Positions 49,244 to 60,441 of a stretch of 64,000 nt of DNA are shown in pieces (the first letter of the stretch is position 1; every line of letters begins with the position of its first letter). The notes under the pieces were generated by a model. That model saw only the letters and a list, made by a program, of their open reading frames with translations. It searched no databases and was not told the DNA's origin. The position numbers were made by a program, and so were the translations under genes. Source of the stretch: Candidatus Obscuribacterales bacterium (GTDB lineage Bacteria; Cyanobacteriota; Vampirovibrionia; Obscuribacterales; Obscuribacteraceae); assembly GCA_965228855.1 (NCBI GenBank), contig CBDDIJ010000003.1:864001-928000 (forward strand), written 5' to 3'.

Positions 49244-52200
49244 ATGAATCCGCAGTCCTCCGGAACTCCGACACATAGCATGCTTGGTGCCTCGCTCTTA
49301 GCGTGTTTACTTTCCCTCGTAGGTTCTGCTGCGCAAGCCAATCCGGGTAGAGGCGAAGACCTGTCAATTGGTCTTGCAGCCAGAGAGGCTCTGAAACTTG
49401 ATCGCCATGAAGCTCGCCTGGAGCGGCGCGAGTCTCGTATCGAGCGAGCCCTGGGCAAAGATTCATCTTCGTTCGCTCAGATGCAACGCCCCAGCAATGT
49501 TCAGTTCGCGCGACCTAACGGTGCTCGCCAACATAACGAGCTGCGTGGGATGTCTGGTGTCACTTCTTCTCTCCGTCGAGCTGAATTGTCTGGTCTGCCC
49601 GGACAGATTTCGCCCTTTAGCACCTCTAGACCAACCACCGGCAGAAGCACTTTTGACACCGAGCGAGGAAACTCTAAGCTAATTAACAGGGGACTTTCGC
49701 TCGATTTGTCGTCGACAAAGGCGAACATAACGCTAGGCGAGAACCTATTTGATGGCACTGTCACGCTTGTGATTGCAGGAGAGGAAAAGCAATTCTCAGC
49801 CGGGAGTAAAGCTACCCCTGCCGAGTTCGCCGCGATCAATCAGAAGCTTGCGACGGGTAATCAGTCTCTGACCTTGTCTGTTGGTGGCGCCGCCAGTGGT
49901 GGCAGCCTGAATCTCAATTTGGTTAGTGATAATGGCTCAACTATTAAGGCGTCAGAGTTAGTCGTACCGCAAAATGTAACGGTAGAGGGTGACTTTGGTC
50001 GGACGGCCGATGGAGTACGAGTAAACAAAGACCTCGTCAATTACGGATCTATTGTTGCGTCGTCAGCAAGCGGTGTGAGAAACACGGCGGTGATTGGTGC
50101 CAGAGACATCGTTAATGCTGAAGGCGGTTCAATAGTTTCTGTTTCCAGCCCGTCCAATCCAAACCTAAACCTTGCTCTACGTGCTGCTCGAGATCTGACC
50201 AATTCTGGTGAGATTAATAGCTCCGGTGACCTGGAACTCGCTGCGGGACGAGCAATCACCAACGTCTCTAAAGGAGTTATCGGGGCAAATGGAAACGTCC
50301 TTTTCAACGCTCCCTCGATAAACAATCAGGGCCTGATAATTGGGCAAAGCGACATCACCTTTGCGGGTCCATCGACCGAGGCTCTTACAGTAAACAATTT
50401 TGGTGGAACGGTAAGCGCCCAGAATGGCAGCATAAATCTTCGTGAAACTGATTACATTGGAACGGGAAACAGCATCATATATGGTGGCGACCTGCTATCG
50501 AAACAGCTAAATATTAACGCTGGTCAAGCCACTGGCGATGTCGTGGCAAATGACGTCACCGGTACCGTTAACTCGTCAGGTTTAGCCGCTCATGTCAGCG
50601 TTGATACTGATACGCTGGTGCTTGGAACACAATGCTTGACCGGTGACCCCACCTATTACAACACTGGCGATATCTTAATAAATGGTAGTATCTCAGTCGC
50701 AGAAGACCTCACTATTATTGCTGGACGCGATATTAGTTCTGTTTTTGGAATCACCCTTGTCGCGGTTGATGGCGCCGGCGCTGGAAAAGATATAACGCTG
50801 ATCGCCGGGGCGAATATCACGGCAGGTTCAGGACAATTGCCTCCAGCTGGAGGTCCGGCAAACTTGGCTAGCGGCGCACAGCAGGCTTTGTCAAACGTGA
50901 CGGTTTCCGGCGCCTCCGCGACGGGCGGAAATATCGTTTTGGGTAGTTCCAACTACATAAGCTCGCAAAGTAACCTCGTGACTAATGAAGATGGTGGAGA
51001 CGTTACATTAATCGCGTACTCCAACGGAAATTCACTCAAAGGACAGATTGGACCGAACTCCATTGTTATTGAAGCTCACGGGCATGGCAGCGGTAATAAC
51101 GGCAATGTCACCATTATTGGACAAGGCTCCGTTTCAATTGGTCAGATATTTTCGTACGAGGGGAACGGAACTGCGCCGGGAACTGGAACGGTATTGGTTG
51201 CTGTCGCTCCGCCGACAACAAGTGATGGTTTGCCGATCACCTATGCCACCGATGGTAGTATCGCTAGCGGAAATAGATTCGTGCCTGTTAACAGTCCTGG
51301 CAACTTAAATGCGCAGGTTTTACTTGGCCCCGTGCTTGCCAGCGGCAATGTCTCAATCATTGGCTCCTACGATATCGTGTTGGGCACCGTTGCCAGTTAT
51401 AGCGGCGATATCTCTCTTCAAACTGATAATGGCAGGTTGTTCTTCAACACAGGCGCCATACTGACTGCTGACAGTATCAGTGCCTACTCAAGTGGTATTC
51501 AGAATGTAGCTGGTACTTTCAATGCCAATCAGGTTCAGCTGAAGAGCGGAAGTAATATCACTTTTGATCAAACAACGATTAACGCTGACTCGGTAACTCT
51601 TCTTTCCAATCAGAATCTGGTGCTTAGCAATTCCACTATCAATGCCAGGGAAGGACTTCTTGCGGTTGCAGGTCAGTCAATTACTGGAGACGCCGGAGAA
51701 TGGAGTCATTTAAACGGAAGTACATCGGGCGATGCCGCCAATATCGCGTTGTTTGCCGGAGCGAGCTGGACAGACAATGGTGCAACGGTGACAATCGGTG
51801 GCTCGTCCGCCACCGGCGGCTCAATAGTCGGTGATTCACTTCAGACTATAACAACGAGCAGCACGGGCGGCGGTAGCGCTGGGGCGATCACCATGGTCGC
51901 ATTCGCACAACCAAGTAACAGTACTTCCGGTAGGGTGACGCCACAAGCGGTGACCGAGATCACTGCCAAAGGGTCAGGTGGATTGAATGGCGATGTGACA
52001 ATAGTCGCTGACGGAACCGGGAACTCTATAATAATTGATTCAATCGACGTTACCGGTGGCACTGCAGGCGGTGCCATTACCTTGTCGGTGACGAATCCCA
52101 ACGTGGGTTCAGTAAGTCCAATAAACAAGAGCGACGCTACCTATTCCGGCTCATTTGCCGGCTCCGCTCAAGGAGCTGGAGCAATCCAGGTCCTCGGTGA

Positions 52201-55200
52201 ATTGAAAGGCAATCAACTTAATTTGAACGCTGGGACAAACAGCATAACCGCCACAAATATTACTGCTTCAGGACTTAGTGGAAATCAAGACGGTGGTAGC
52301 ATCAGTATCACAGGCGGTACCGTAAGCGTTGATAGCCTGATCGCAAATGGCTTCGGCTCGGGACACGGCGGCGACATTAACATCTCTGCTAATACATTGA
52401 CCGCCGTCCAGTTCACCGCAGATGGTGGTACTTCAGGTTCCGGAGGACAAGGCGGTTCTGTTCAGGTCAATATCAATAGCGCTTCCCAATATATAGTTGG
52501 TCAAATCTCCGCTAACGGTGGTGGTTCTACAGGCGGTGCTGGTTCTATTATCGTGAGAAACACCGGATCTGGTGGCATAAGCCTCACTCCGAGTAATATT
52601 TCGCTGCTGACGGGTGGGGCTGGAGGCTCGCTCACTCTAGACGCGACTTCCGGCGCGGTGGACGGACCCATTGCAATCATGGGCAGTTTGATTAACGTCA
52701 ATGGAAATGCCGGTTTCAACAACGGACAAATTTTCCTATCCGGCTCCACAATCACAAGTTCAGGAGCATTGTCTCTGACGGCTGTTAATGGGCTCGATCA
52801 CACTGGCGTGATCGAACTCGCTGCGACTACCGGCAATATTGCAATAGCGGGCAACTTCTCTGCGTCTTCGGGATCAGCAATAACCGTTAACACTGACCAG
52901 TCAATTACGACATCAGGAACCGGCGGTAGTGTCTTACTTCAGTCGATGGATGGTTTAAATGCGGCGACAGCAAACATCATAACTTCGAGCGGAAGTCCAG
53001 CTGTTGCAGGTGGTGCAATCACTATCAATGGCAGTATCGGTAACTACAATATCGGAAATCTTTCAAGTTTGGGGACCGCCTCCCAGAGCGGAGGGAACAT
53101 AAGTCTTACTAGTGACACCGGAAGCTTCAATGTGGGCAACATTAGTGCAGATGGTGGCTCTTCTGGTGGCGGTGGTGGCAGCCTGACCATTGCCAGCAAT
53201 GCAGCGAGCATCAATTTAAAATCAATTTCGCTGAAAGGCTTTGGTTCTGCTTCCGGCGGTGACATGGATTTAAGCTCCAACAGCGGAGGCGATATCATAT
53301 TTGGTGTCAATTCGACGGTGGTGTCTGACTCATCTGCGGCCGGCGGTAATATTCAGATCTCAACGGGCACAGGCTCCGTTGTTTTTCAAGGTGGAACCTC
53401 GTCGATATCCGCGAAAGGCGGGACTGCTAACGGATCGATATCGTTCAGTCAAGTGGGCATGCTCGATCTTGGCTCTACAGATCTGACCATTGCAAATAAC
53501 GGAGTAGGTTCTGGCAGTTCCATAGACTTCTCCTCGGCACTTCCGGGGGGAAGCATATCTTCTACTGGCGGAAGTCTTTCGGTTAACGCATCTGGTTCAG
53601 TCAATTTCACTAATATGAACGGCGGCATCACCACAGGCGGTGGCGATGTGTCGCTGTCTGCTACGTCGATCAGCAATGATGGTCTAGGTCAATCAGCTCC
53701 AAGTATTGATGCTAGTGTATCCGGCGTGGGATTGGGTGGTGACATATCGATCACTGTAAACTCTAACCTCACAACAAATTCTCTCAAAGGCAACGATATA
53801 ACCATTTCGTTGCCGACTTTGACCCAACTGAGTCTCAACTCCTCTGTGGATGCGCAGGGAACTGTCATATTAAGTGCAGGTCGCGTTGTTCAGACTGCGG
53901 CTCAGACGATCAAATCAGACGCGCTTCAGCTGAATCTTTCTACGCCTGGCATGCTGACGACACTGGAGACGAATGTCAATTCGGTGACTATTGGCGGAGC
54001 GAACAACAGCGTGTCAATAGTTGAGAGTAACGACCTCTCAATTTTGAGCATCAATAATGTCTCGGACGTTAACATCACTGCCGCCGGTGGAATCACTGTT
54101 GATGCGGCTCAAAACACAATCGTGAATTACACGATCAGCGCTGGCGGATTGTTGTCGATCAATGCTCCAATTTCGACTAGCAATAGTATTTCTCTTACGT
54201 CAACAAATAGCGACGTTCAGCTTGGCGACGCTCTTACAGTCGGTTCCGCTGGTGTTATTACATTAGAAACGACCAACGGCGGTCAAATACAAGAAACTGC
54301 ATCAGGCTCGATCAATACCGGCTCAGGTGGCTTGCTTAACGTAAAGCTTCTTGGCGTTTCGTCTGGAAATGCGACACTGTCAGGAAGTAACAGTGTTTAT
54401 AGCCTCACCGGATCTGGTGGCGGTCTCATTACCCTGGATAATGCAGCAAACGCTCTGCAGATTCTCGGGTTAGGCTCCACCCAAAGCCTTAACGCGACGA
54501 CAACTGACGACGCAATGGGAATTAGCCTTGCAGGTCCAATTTCTACTTCTGGCACAGTGACCTTCAACACACCACTCTTTGTCACAGGTTCCAACAATTT
54601 GTCAGCTGCGAGCATAACGGTTCAGAGCACAGCTTCTCTGACCGTTGATTCAAACGGAGCGACTCTCACGGGCACGACTCCGCCAGCAGGCGCACCCGGC
54701 AATCCGAGCTCTCCGACTGCAATTAATTTCATCACCGCCAATGGTGAAGTCCTCACACTTGTTGGAACAATGAATTTCGGTGGAGACGTGACTCTCCGTA
54801 ATAGCGGAGGAACAACCGTTTCACAAAACAATTCGCTTTATGCCGGGTCTAACAACGTCGTATTGATTACGGCTAATTGGATGCAGCAAGGAAATGGAAA
54901 TATCACCGGAAATATTCTGTTTCCGGGAGGTGTTTCAATCGTGAATCCTGACGGAGACCTTGTCTTGGCTGGCAATCTCAAGTTCGATGGTCAGGATCTG
55001 GTGCTAGCCGCCAAAAACAATGTTATTCTCGGAAACTTTAATATAGATCTGAGCAGTTCCACGGGCGACGGAAGCGATCTGATCATTCTTGCGGGTTACA
55101 CACTTACGCCGACCGGCGGCGGTCAGCAACAAACTTCACTGCCATACACCATCGGCGCTCCAACAGTAGGTGGAGGAAGCATCTCCGGGACTGGAACAAT

Positions 55201-57847
55201 AACGACCACTAGCACCGCTCTTGGTGGCAATGGGGGAGACGTCACAATCCTCACAACTGGAACTGGGACTATCAGCCTGAATAACATTGACGCGTCGGCA
55301 ACGGATGGTCGGGGCGGTACGATTTACCTGATTGGAGCCGGTGTCACGGCAAACGAAATTACGTCCACGGGTAGCGCTCGAGCTGGAGACGTATACATCG
55401 GCGGCATAGACTCAATTCCAGTTCCGGATAACCCAATGATTCCGATGGTCATTCAAAATGGAAAGGTTACCGGAGGCACTTTTGACCTTGGAAATAATCA
55501 TGCCGGACCCATATCTGTTAAAGAAATCAATGCAGACAGCGGTTTCATCACTCTGAACAATAGAGGGGCTAACACTACTATTGATGGCACCATTAGCGCC
55601 ATTAAAGTATTTGCGTACACGGATGAGTTGGCATTCACTAACGTAAACAGTCTTAGTGTCAATCCCGATGCCGCTGGAAATGGTGGAGAGATTAGGATGG
55701 AGGTCGGTAGCGTTAAAGGTGCGACTACGGCTCCTTTCGAGTTGCGCGCTGACGGTGTGGGAACCGGTGATGGCGGCACTATTAACGTCCGGTCCCTAAC
55801 GACAAACACTTTCATTGGTACTCCCGCGAAAGCACCAAAAGGTTCGTTCACTCTACTCTCAGCTAGTGCTACCAGTGGTGCGTCTGGTGGAAACGGAGGG
55901 ATCATATCGATTTTTTCGGACGTTAGTCTGACTGTCGATACGGATTTTATCGATGCAAGTCCTCTATCAACTACCGGAAACTGGAACGGTGCATCATACG
56001 CGTTAGGAAGCGGAGCGGCTAAAGGTGCGGTCCTTCAGGTGTCGGGCGACCTCCGCGCCGACAATGTCGGTTCTGGTACCGGTGGGCAGATTTATCTCCT
56101 GTCGTTCAATAGCAAAGCGTTCACAGTCAATGCGACGAAGCTGCCAAAGTTTGGCACCACTGGAGAGTTATCCGCCGGCGCAAGTGGCTCCATAATCGTG
56201 GAGAACGTATTCGGCGGAGTGACCATCGCAAGCAATTTTGTCGATGACCCAGGAAGTTTGATATTGGGAGCCGGAGGAAAGGGTTCAATTTCAACTGGAA
56301 AGGGCGTGTCTTTGTCTGCGGTTAGCTACATCAGCCTGGCTAGTGAAACAGGAGCCATCGGGAAGAAACCGCTTATGGTCGCGGCTCCCGAACTCACGTT
56401 GATAAGCCAGGGCTCGGTGAATGTTCAAAGTACCTACACAGGAGGTGTTCTCTCGCTCATCGCACCTGTCACTAGGGCCGGAAAGTCGTTGACTCTGTCG
56501 GCATTGAGCGATGTTTTGATAGTGGACAGCATGGATGTGATGGGGGACATCGATATCTCTACTACTGGAGCAATCGTCGTTGACAACACGATAGTTACGC
56601 AAAGTGGCTCTATCGCTTTAACCGCTGGTAGTGGCACCCTCGATGTCCGCTCAAATATAACCGCAAATAATGGCGGCATAGTCCTAGCTAACCGCGATAC
56701 TGTAAACGGTGACGTCAATATTGGTGCTGTGACCGTAGCAACAGCAGGCAAGGGGGACGACGTTGTCATAGCGATTGGTGCTCCGCCCAAGAAGGGAACG
56801 AACACTCAAGCTGAGCCCGGCTTCACCGTCAATCCACATGGAACGAAGGGCGTCGCTTACTTTGGACCAGCAGGCGGTGTTGTGACGCCCGGAACTGTCG
56901 ACGTGAACGTCATAAACAAGGATGTGATTTTTAATAACCTGTCCACTGGTGGGAAACTGATGACCGTCGCCGGTGGCGCGACTATCACGGCCGACCCGCC
57001 GTCAAAGTTGGGAGGAAGTGTCGCAACTGTGTCCACGATGACGTCATCTCTTGAGAGCTCAGCTGATTCTTCACTAATTTCTATTCCGTCGAATGGGAAT
57101 ACGGGAAACACTTCAATGTTGATTGGTAGTTTGACGTTCGATCCGTCGCCGCGCCTTTCGACCTCAACTCAACTTACTGTAACCGGAACTGCTTCTAAAC
57201 TTACCGACAATGCCTGGGACAGGACTGGCTTGACTGGCGGTTCTATCTTGAATCTATCAGCGAATCGCACCGCGCCGCCCGAGCCGGAAGACTTGAAAGT
57301 TGATGCAGTGTTATGCCGTTTGGCTTCGGACAGTGCTCAGGAAGATCGCAACGTCGTCTTTGCTCCAACTTCGGACATAACTGTAAAAACGAAGCATGGA
57401 ACGGTCAGTATAAAAGCGGGCTCAGTAGCTCTTGTCATGCAGTCCGAGAGCGTCTTGTCTGTTTATGACCTTCATGATGAATGCAAGAATGCAGTCACTA
57501 TTCGTAGTGGCAACGCGCAACTGAATCTCACGCCAGGAAGACATGTTTCCATCAGCAATCAACCGCAGGCGGATTTCGTTGATGTGAATGCAGTTGAACT
57601 TGTTCAGTATCGTGGGATCAATCGGAGTCAGCTTCAGAACGGTCTGACGATATACACATCGGAGTTCTCCATTCCATCTGCGTGTTATGCGGTCAAGCCA
57701 CTTGCAAAACTATTCGGTTCAAAGGTTCCCGATGCGCGAAAGCTGACGAATCGATTACTGAAGACAACGTCCGTAGTCATGACTCTCAACCCTGATCGCG
57801 GCGATTTCATTCAGTACTTCAAACCGCGCGTCGCCGCTATGAAGTAG
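49244..57847 (+). CDS. Giant secreted G/S/T/N-rich exoprotein, paralog C (2867 aa)
   Basis: AAGGAG RBS; signal peptide ending in AQA; shared LSLDLSS..NITLG, CLTGDPTYYN, ITADPP and EFSIPSA...VKPL...KPRVAAMK blocks. Confidence 0.85.
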   Translation: MNPQSSGTPTHSMLGASLLACLLSLVGSAAQANPGRGEDLSIGLAAREALKLDRHEARLERRESRIERALGKDSSSFAQMQRPSNVQFARPNGARQHNELRGMSGVTSSLRRAELSGLPGQISPFSTSRPTTGRSTFDTERGNSKLINRGLSLDLSSTKANITLGENLFDGTVTLVIAGEEKQFSAGSKATPAEFAAINQKLATGNQSLTLSVGGAASGGSLNLNLVSDNGSTIKASELVVPQNVTVEGDFGRTADGVRVNKDLVNYGSIVASSASGVRNTAVIGARDIVNAEGGSIVSVSSPSNPNLNLALRAARDLTNSGEINSSGDLELAAGRAITNVSKGVIGANGNVLFNAPSINNQGLIIGQSDITFAGPSTEALTVNNFGGTVSAQNGSINLRETDYIGTGNSIIYGGDLLSKQLNINAGQATGDVVANDVTGTVNSSGLAAHVSVDTDTLVLGTQCLTGDPTYYNTGDILINGSISVAEDLTIIAGRDISSVFGITLVAVDGAGAGKDITLIAGANITAGSGQLPPAGGPANLASGAQQALSNVTVSGASATGGNIVLGSSNYISSQSNLVTNEDGGDVTLIAYSNGNSLKGQIGPNSIVIEAHGHGSGNNGNVTIIGQGSVSIGQIFSYEGNGTAPGTGTVLVAVAPPTTSDGLPITYATDGSIASGNRFVPVNSPGNLNAQVLLGPVLASGNVSIIGSYDIVLGTVASYSGDISLQTDNGRLFFNTGAILTADSISAYSSGIQNVAGTFNANQVQLKSGSNITFDQTTINADSVTLLSNQNLVLSNSTINAREGLLAVAGQSITGDAGEWSHLNGSTSGDAANIALFAGASWTDNGATVTIGGSSATGGSIVGDSLQTITTSSTGGGSAGAITMVAFAQPSNSTSGRVTPQAVTEITAKGSGGLNGDVTIVADGTGNSIIIDSIDVTGGTAGGAITLSVTNPNVGSVSPINKSDATYSGSFAGSAQGAGAIQVLGELKGNQLNLNAGTNSITATNITASGLSGNQDGGSISITGGTVSVDSLIANGFGSGHGGDINISANTLTAVQFTADGGTSGSGGQGGSVQVNINSASQYIVGQISANGGGSTGGAGSIIVRNTGSGGISLTPSNISLLTGGAGGSLTLDATSGAVDGPIAIMGSLINVNGNAGFNNGQIFLSGSTITSSGALSLTAVNGLDHTGVIELAATTGNIAIAGNFSASSGSAITVNTDQSITTSGTGGSVLLQSMDGLNAATANIITSSGSPAVAGGAITINGSIGNYNIGNLSSLGTASQSGGNISLTSDTGSFNVGNISADGGSSGGGGGSLTIASNAASINLKSISLKGFGSASGGDMDLSSNSGGDIIFGVNSTVVSDSSAAGGNIQISTGTGSVVFQGGTSSISAKGGTANGSISFSQVGMLDLGSTDLTIANNGVGSGSSIDFSSALPGGSISSTGGSLSVNASGSVNFTNMNGGITTGGGDVSLSATSISNDGLGQSAPSIDASVSGVGLGGDISITVNSNLTTNSLKGNDITISLPTLTQLSLNSSVDAQGTVILSAGRVVQTAAQTIKSDALQLNLSTPGMLTTLETNVNSVTIGGANNSVSIVESNDLSILSINNVSDVNITAAGGITVDAAQNTIVNYTISAGGLLSINAPISTSNSISLTSTNSDVQLGDALTVGSAGVITLETTNGGQIQETASGSINTGSGGLLNVKLLGVSSGNATLSGSNSVYSLTGSGGGLITLDNAANALQILGLGSTQSLNATTTDDAMGISLAGPISTSGTVTFNTPLFVTGSNNLSAASITVQSTASLTVDSNGATLTGTTPPAGAPGNPSSPTAINFITANGEVLTLVGTMNFGGDVTLRNSGGTTVSQNNSLYAGSNNVVLITANWMQQGNGNITGNILFPGGVSIVNPDGDLVLAGNLKFDGQDLVLAAKNNVILGNFNIDLSSSTGDGSDLIILAGYTLTPTGGGQQQTSLPYTIGAPTVGGGSISGTGTITTTSTALGGNGGDVTILTTGTGTISLNNIDASATDGRGGTIYLIGAGVTANEITSTGSARAGDVYIGGIDSIPVPDNPMIPMVIQNGKVTGGTFDLGNNHAGPISVKEINADSGFITLNNRGANTTIDGTISAIKVFAYTDELAFTNVNSLSVNPDAAGNGGEIRMEVGSVKGATTAPFELRADGVGTGDGGTINVRSLTTNTFIGTPAKAPKGSFTLLSASATSGASGGNGGIISIFSDVSLTVDTDFIDASPLSTTGNWNGASYALGSGAAKGAVLQVSGDLRADNVGSGTGGQIYLLSFNSKAFTVNATKLPKFGTTGELSAGASGSIIVENVFGGVTIASNFVDDPGSLILGAGGKGSISTGKGVSLSAVSYISLASETGAIGKKPLMVAAPELTLISQGSVNVQSTYTGGVLSLIAPVTRAGKSLTLSALSDVLIVDSMDVMGDIDISTTGAIVVDNTIVTQSGSIALTAGSGTLDVRSNITANNGGIVLANRDTVNGDVNIGAVTVATAGKGDDVVIAIGAPPKKGTNTQAEPGFTVNPHGTKGVAYFGPAGGVVTPGTVDVNVINKDVIFNNLSTGGKLMTVAGGATITADPPSKLGGSVATVSTMTSSLESSADSSLISIPSNGNTGNTSMLIGSLTFDPSPRLSTSTQLTVTGTASKLTDNAWDRTGLTGGSILNLSANRTAPPEPEDLKVDAVLCRLASDSAQEDRNVVFAPTSDITVKTKHGTVSIKAGSVALVMQSESVLSVYDLHDECKNAVTIRSGNAQLNLTPGRHVSISNQPQADFVDVNAVELVQYRGINRSQLQNGLTIYTSEFSIPSACYAVKPLAKLFGSKVPDARKLTNRLLKTTSVVMTLNPDRGDFIQYFKPRVAAMK

Positions 57848-58182
57848 CTGAAGATTATAGGTTTGCTCAATCGGTTGTTTAAAACTGCACGAGACTGACG
57901 TGAGCAGGAAGTTCAATTTTTTCACACCCAACAGTTGCTCCACTGTTGCCTTACTGCGACACGATTGCCTCGCTACAATAAAATTATGACGTACGCATGG
58001 AACTGTCCAATTCGTATCTTGTGAATCGTTGTCACCGAGAAGTTTTAGATTTGTTGTTGCAGTTTTCTCGTCTACCAAGAGGCAGATGAAAAATCAATGC
58101 GAATCTGCATCGGCAGCGGAGAGTTTATACTCGCATACAAACATCGACCGATGTTCACAAGATGTTTCTCAATGACTGGTAA

Positions 58183-59766
58183 ATGCACATGTTAGTTTCT
58201 AGATTTACGGGACGCGCAACTCTCTTCACTCTTCTGTTCTGTGTGGTAGCACCCGCGAATGCACAAAGCGTCACACTGCCAATTATCGAGGTTCGCTCCT
58301 CCGGTGATAAAGAGGATGTTTTGGACTCCTCGCATCAGGGCAAGGCCATTTTTCTGATGCAATCAGGGCAACTCGAAGAGGCCAGGCGTGAGGCAGAAAC
58401 GGCGCTGTCAGAAGCAAAAAAAGGTGATAATAAACAGGTTATCGCGAGTTGTTACTCAGTTCTCGGCAAAGTTTATCGCCGACAAAATCGATATCATGAG
58501 AGTCTGGACTATTATCAGAGAGCGCTCGACTATTGGCAAACACAACCAAAACCAGATTTCATTGTCGCCCAGATTCTCAATAACATGGGCGAGGAATACA
58601 AGTCTATGGGGGCTCTTGATAAAGCGCTCGGCCTTCTGCTTGAGGCCAAGTCAAAAATGACTGAAGACCAAGCGAATTACTGTGCGATTCTGGAAAACCT
58701 TGGAAGTGTCCATTTTTTGAAAAATAACTTTGTAGAGGCAGAGAAGAATTGGCAAGCAGCCGTGAGTGCTGCACGGAAAGGTTACGATCGAAGAAGCGAA
58801 GTCGATAGTATGAGTGGTCTGGCCGTCTTGTACAGCAAGTATGGAAAGAAAGACGAAGCAGAAGCGATGGTCAAAGAAACGATCGAAAAAGTCACTGCAT
58901 ATTTCGGCCCGTCGGATCAGAGATTGGTCAACCTCCGACGATTGGAGACGCAGAATAACGTGGTGCAAGCGAACAAAGATTCGTCAGCGTTTATAAAGCA
59001 CATGAGTGCAGGAGCCGCGGCAAATCAAAAGGGTGATGCCGCGGCAGCCGAAGCTTCATACATGGCTGCTGTCAATGAATCTGAAAAATTCGGTGACAAC
59101 TTTGAGGGTTTACCAATTGCTCTCAATAATTTGGCAACCGCATACGGACAACAAGAAAAGTTTTCGAAGGCGGTGCCAGTATACGAACGTGCGATCCGTT
59201 TAATTGAAAAGACAGCTGGAAGCAAATCAACAAAACTGGCAGAACCACTAAATGCATTGGCCATTGCTTTAGCATCGCAAAATAAATATGCGGAGGCGGA
59301 ACCCGTGATGAAGCGCGCTTTGCCGCTGCTGGAACAAACGCTGCCCAATAATTCGCCAAGGGTCGAACAATCGAGACAGTTGTACAAGTTCTTGCAGATA
59401 AAGACTGGAAAACTTCGGAAACCACCATTGAACAGCGGTCCCAAAGAATGGCGAAGTATGCTTGATGCAGGCAGTGTAGCAATGCAGAAAGGCAATTTCA
59501 CTCAAGCCGTTTCGAGCTATAAATCGGCGTTAGCGATCATTCAAAAATCGCATCCGAAGTCTAGCTTTATGGCAACAACCTTATCCCTTCTCGGAGTGGC
59601 ATATCTGCGTGCCGAACTATATAAACAAGCTGAGTCGACTTTGACTAGTGCCATTCCAATGTGTGAACAATACAATCCAGCCGATGTGCAAGCTGTTTCT
59701 CTTTTGAAAAATGCTTTGGCCGTCGCGAAGTCAAAGCAAAAGTCAATCAAATTGTTGACTGAATGA
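58183..59766 (+). CDS. Exported tetratricopeptide-repeat protein
   Basis: Signal peptide ending in ANA; repeated LNN(L/M)(G/A)..Y...G....A...Y..A motifs. Confidence 0.88.
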   Translation: MHMLVSRFTGRATLFTLLFCVVAPANAQSVTLPIIEVRSSGDKEDVLDSSHQGKAIFLMQSGQLEEARREAETALSEAKKGDNKQVIASCYSVLGKVYRRQNRYHESLDYYQRALDYWQTQPKPDFIVAQILNNMGEEYKSMGALDKALGLLLEAKSKMTEDQANYCAILENLGSVHFLKNNFVEAEKNWQAAVSAARKGYDRRSEVDSMSGLAVLYSKYGKKDEAEAMVKETIEKVTAYFGPSDQRLVNLRRLETQNNVVQANKDSSAFIKHMSAGAAANQKGDAAAAEASYMAAVNESEKFGDNFEGLPIALNNLATAYGQQEKFSKAVPVYERAIRLIEKTAGSKSTKLAEPLNALAIALASQNKYAEAEPVMKRALPLLEQTLPNNSPRVEQSRQLYKFLQIKTGKLRKPPLNSGPKEWRSMLDAGSVAMQKGNFTQAVSSYKSALAIIQKSHPKSSFMATTLSLLGVAYLRAELYKQAESTLTSAIPMCEQYNPADVQAVSLLKNALAVAKSKQKSIKLLTE

Positions 59767-59778
59767 TCGCAGGGCACT

Positions 59779-59814
59779 CTTCTTCTTCTTCTTCTTCTTC
59801 TTCTTCTTCTTCTT
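59779..59814. repeat. (CTT)12 microsatellite
   Basis: Twelve perfect CTT units directly after the TPR gene stop. Confidence 0.95.
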
Positions 59815-60441
59815 TGCCGGATGGACTACTCCAATGGAATTTTTTACGCATTCAATTAAAGCTCTACTGCATATTAGTTACGAGCCTATGATGCGTTTCT
59901 TCGAGGCTGTGACGAAAAGGCGGATAAAGCGTATCTACAAAGATGCGATTACGACAACCACAACGGAGGGACCAATTCATTCAGAAAGCAGTGGGTGACA
60001 ATCCTTACTCGTTGGTAGCCTTCCTTAATCAGGATCTCAATTCGATCCCTTTCCGGCCTTCTACTGGCGGTTAGAACCGAACTCTCACGGCAACAACTCA
60101 TCAGCTTGCGAGACTGGTATAAGGCATCTGCGCAAAAACTTTCAGGTAAAACGATCTGGTGACCATCCGCAAATTAGTCGAAGGAGGACCGACGCGACGA
60201 AAAAAAGAAAGGTCGTGTGCAGGTGTCGAAAGCTGCGCGCTTTGTATGATTAGAAAAGGTGATGTGGAGGAGATCTGATTGAAATCGGTGTTGTTTGAAA
60301 TCAGTTGCGTGCGCCAATTTCATTCGCATTGACTTTGCTAGTTTCGATACAAACTTTTTGTTGACGACGACTGCTCAGACCGAGAGACGGCTCAATTCTC
60401 CAGGCATATTTTGCGTGAGAATTGAAGTGATTGCATTTGGC

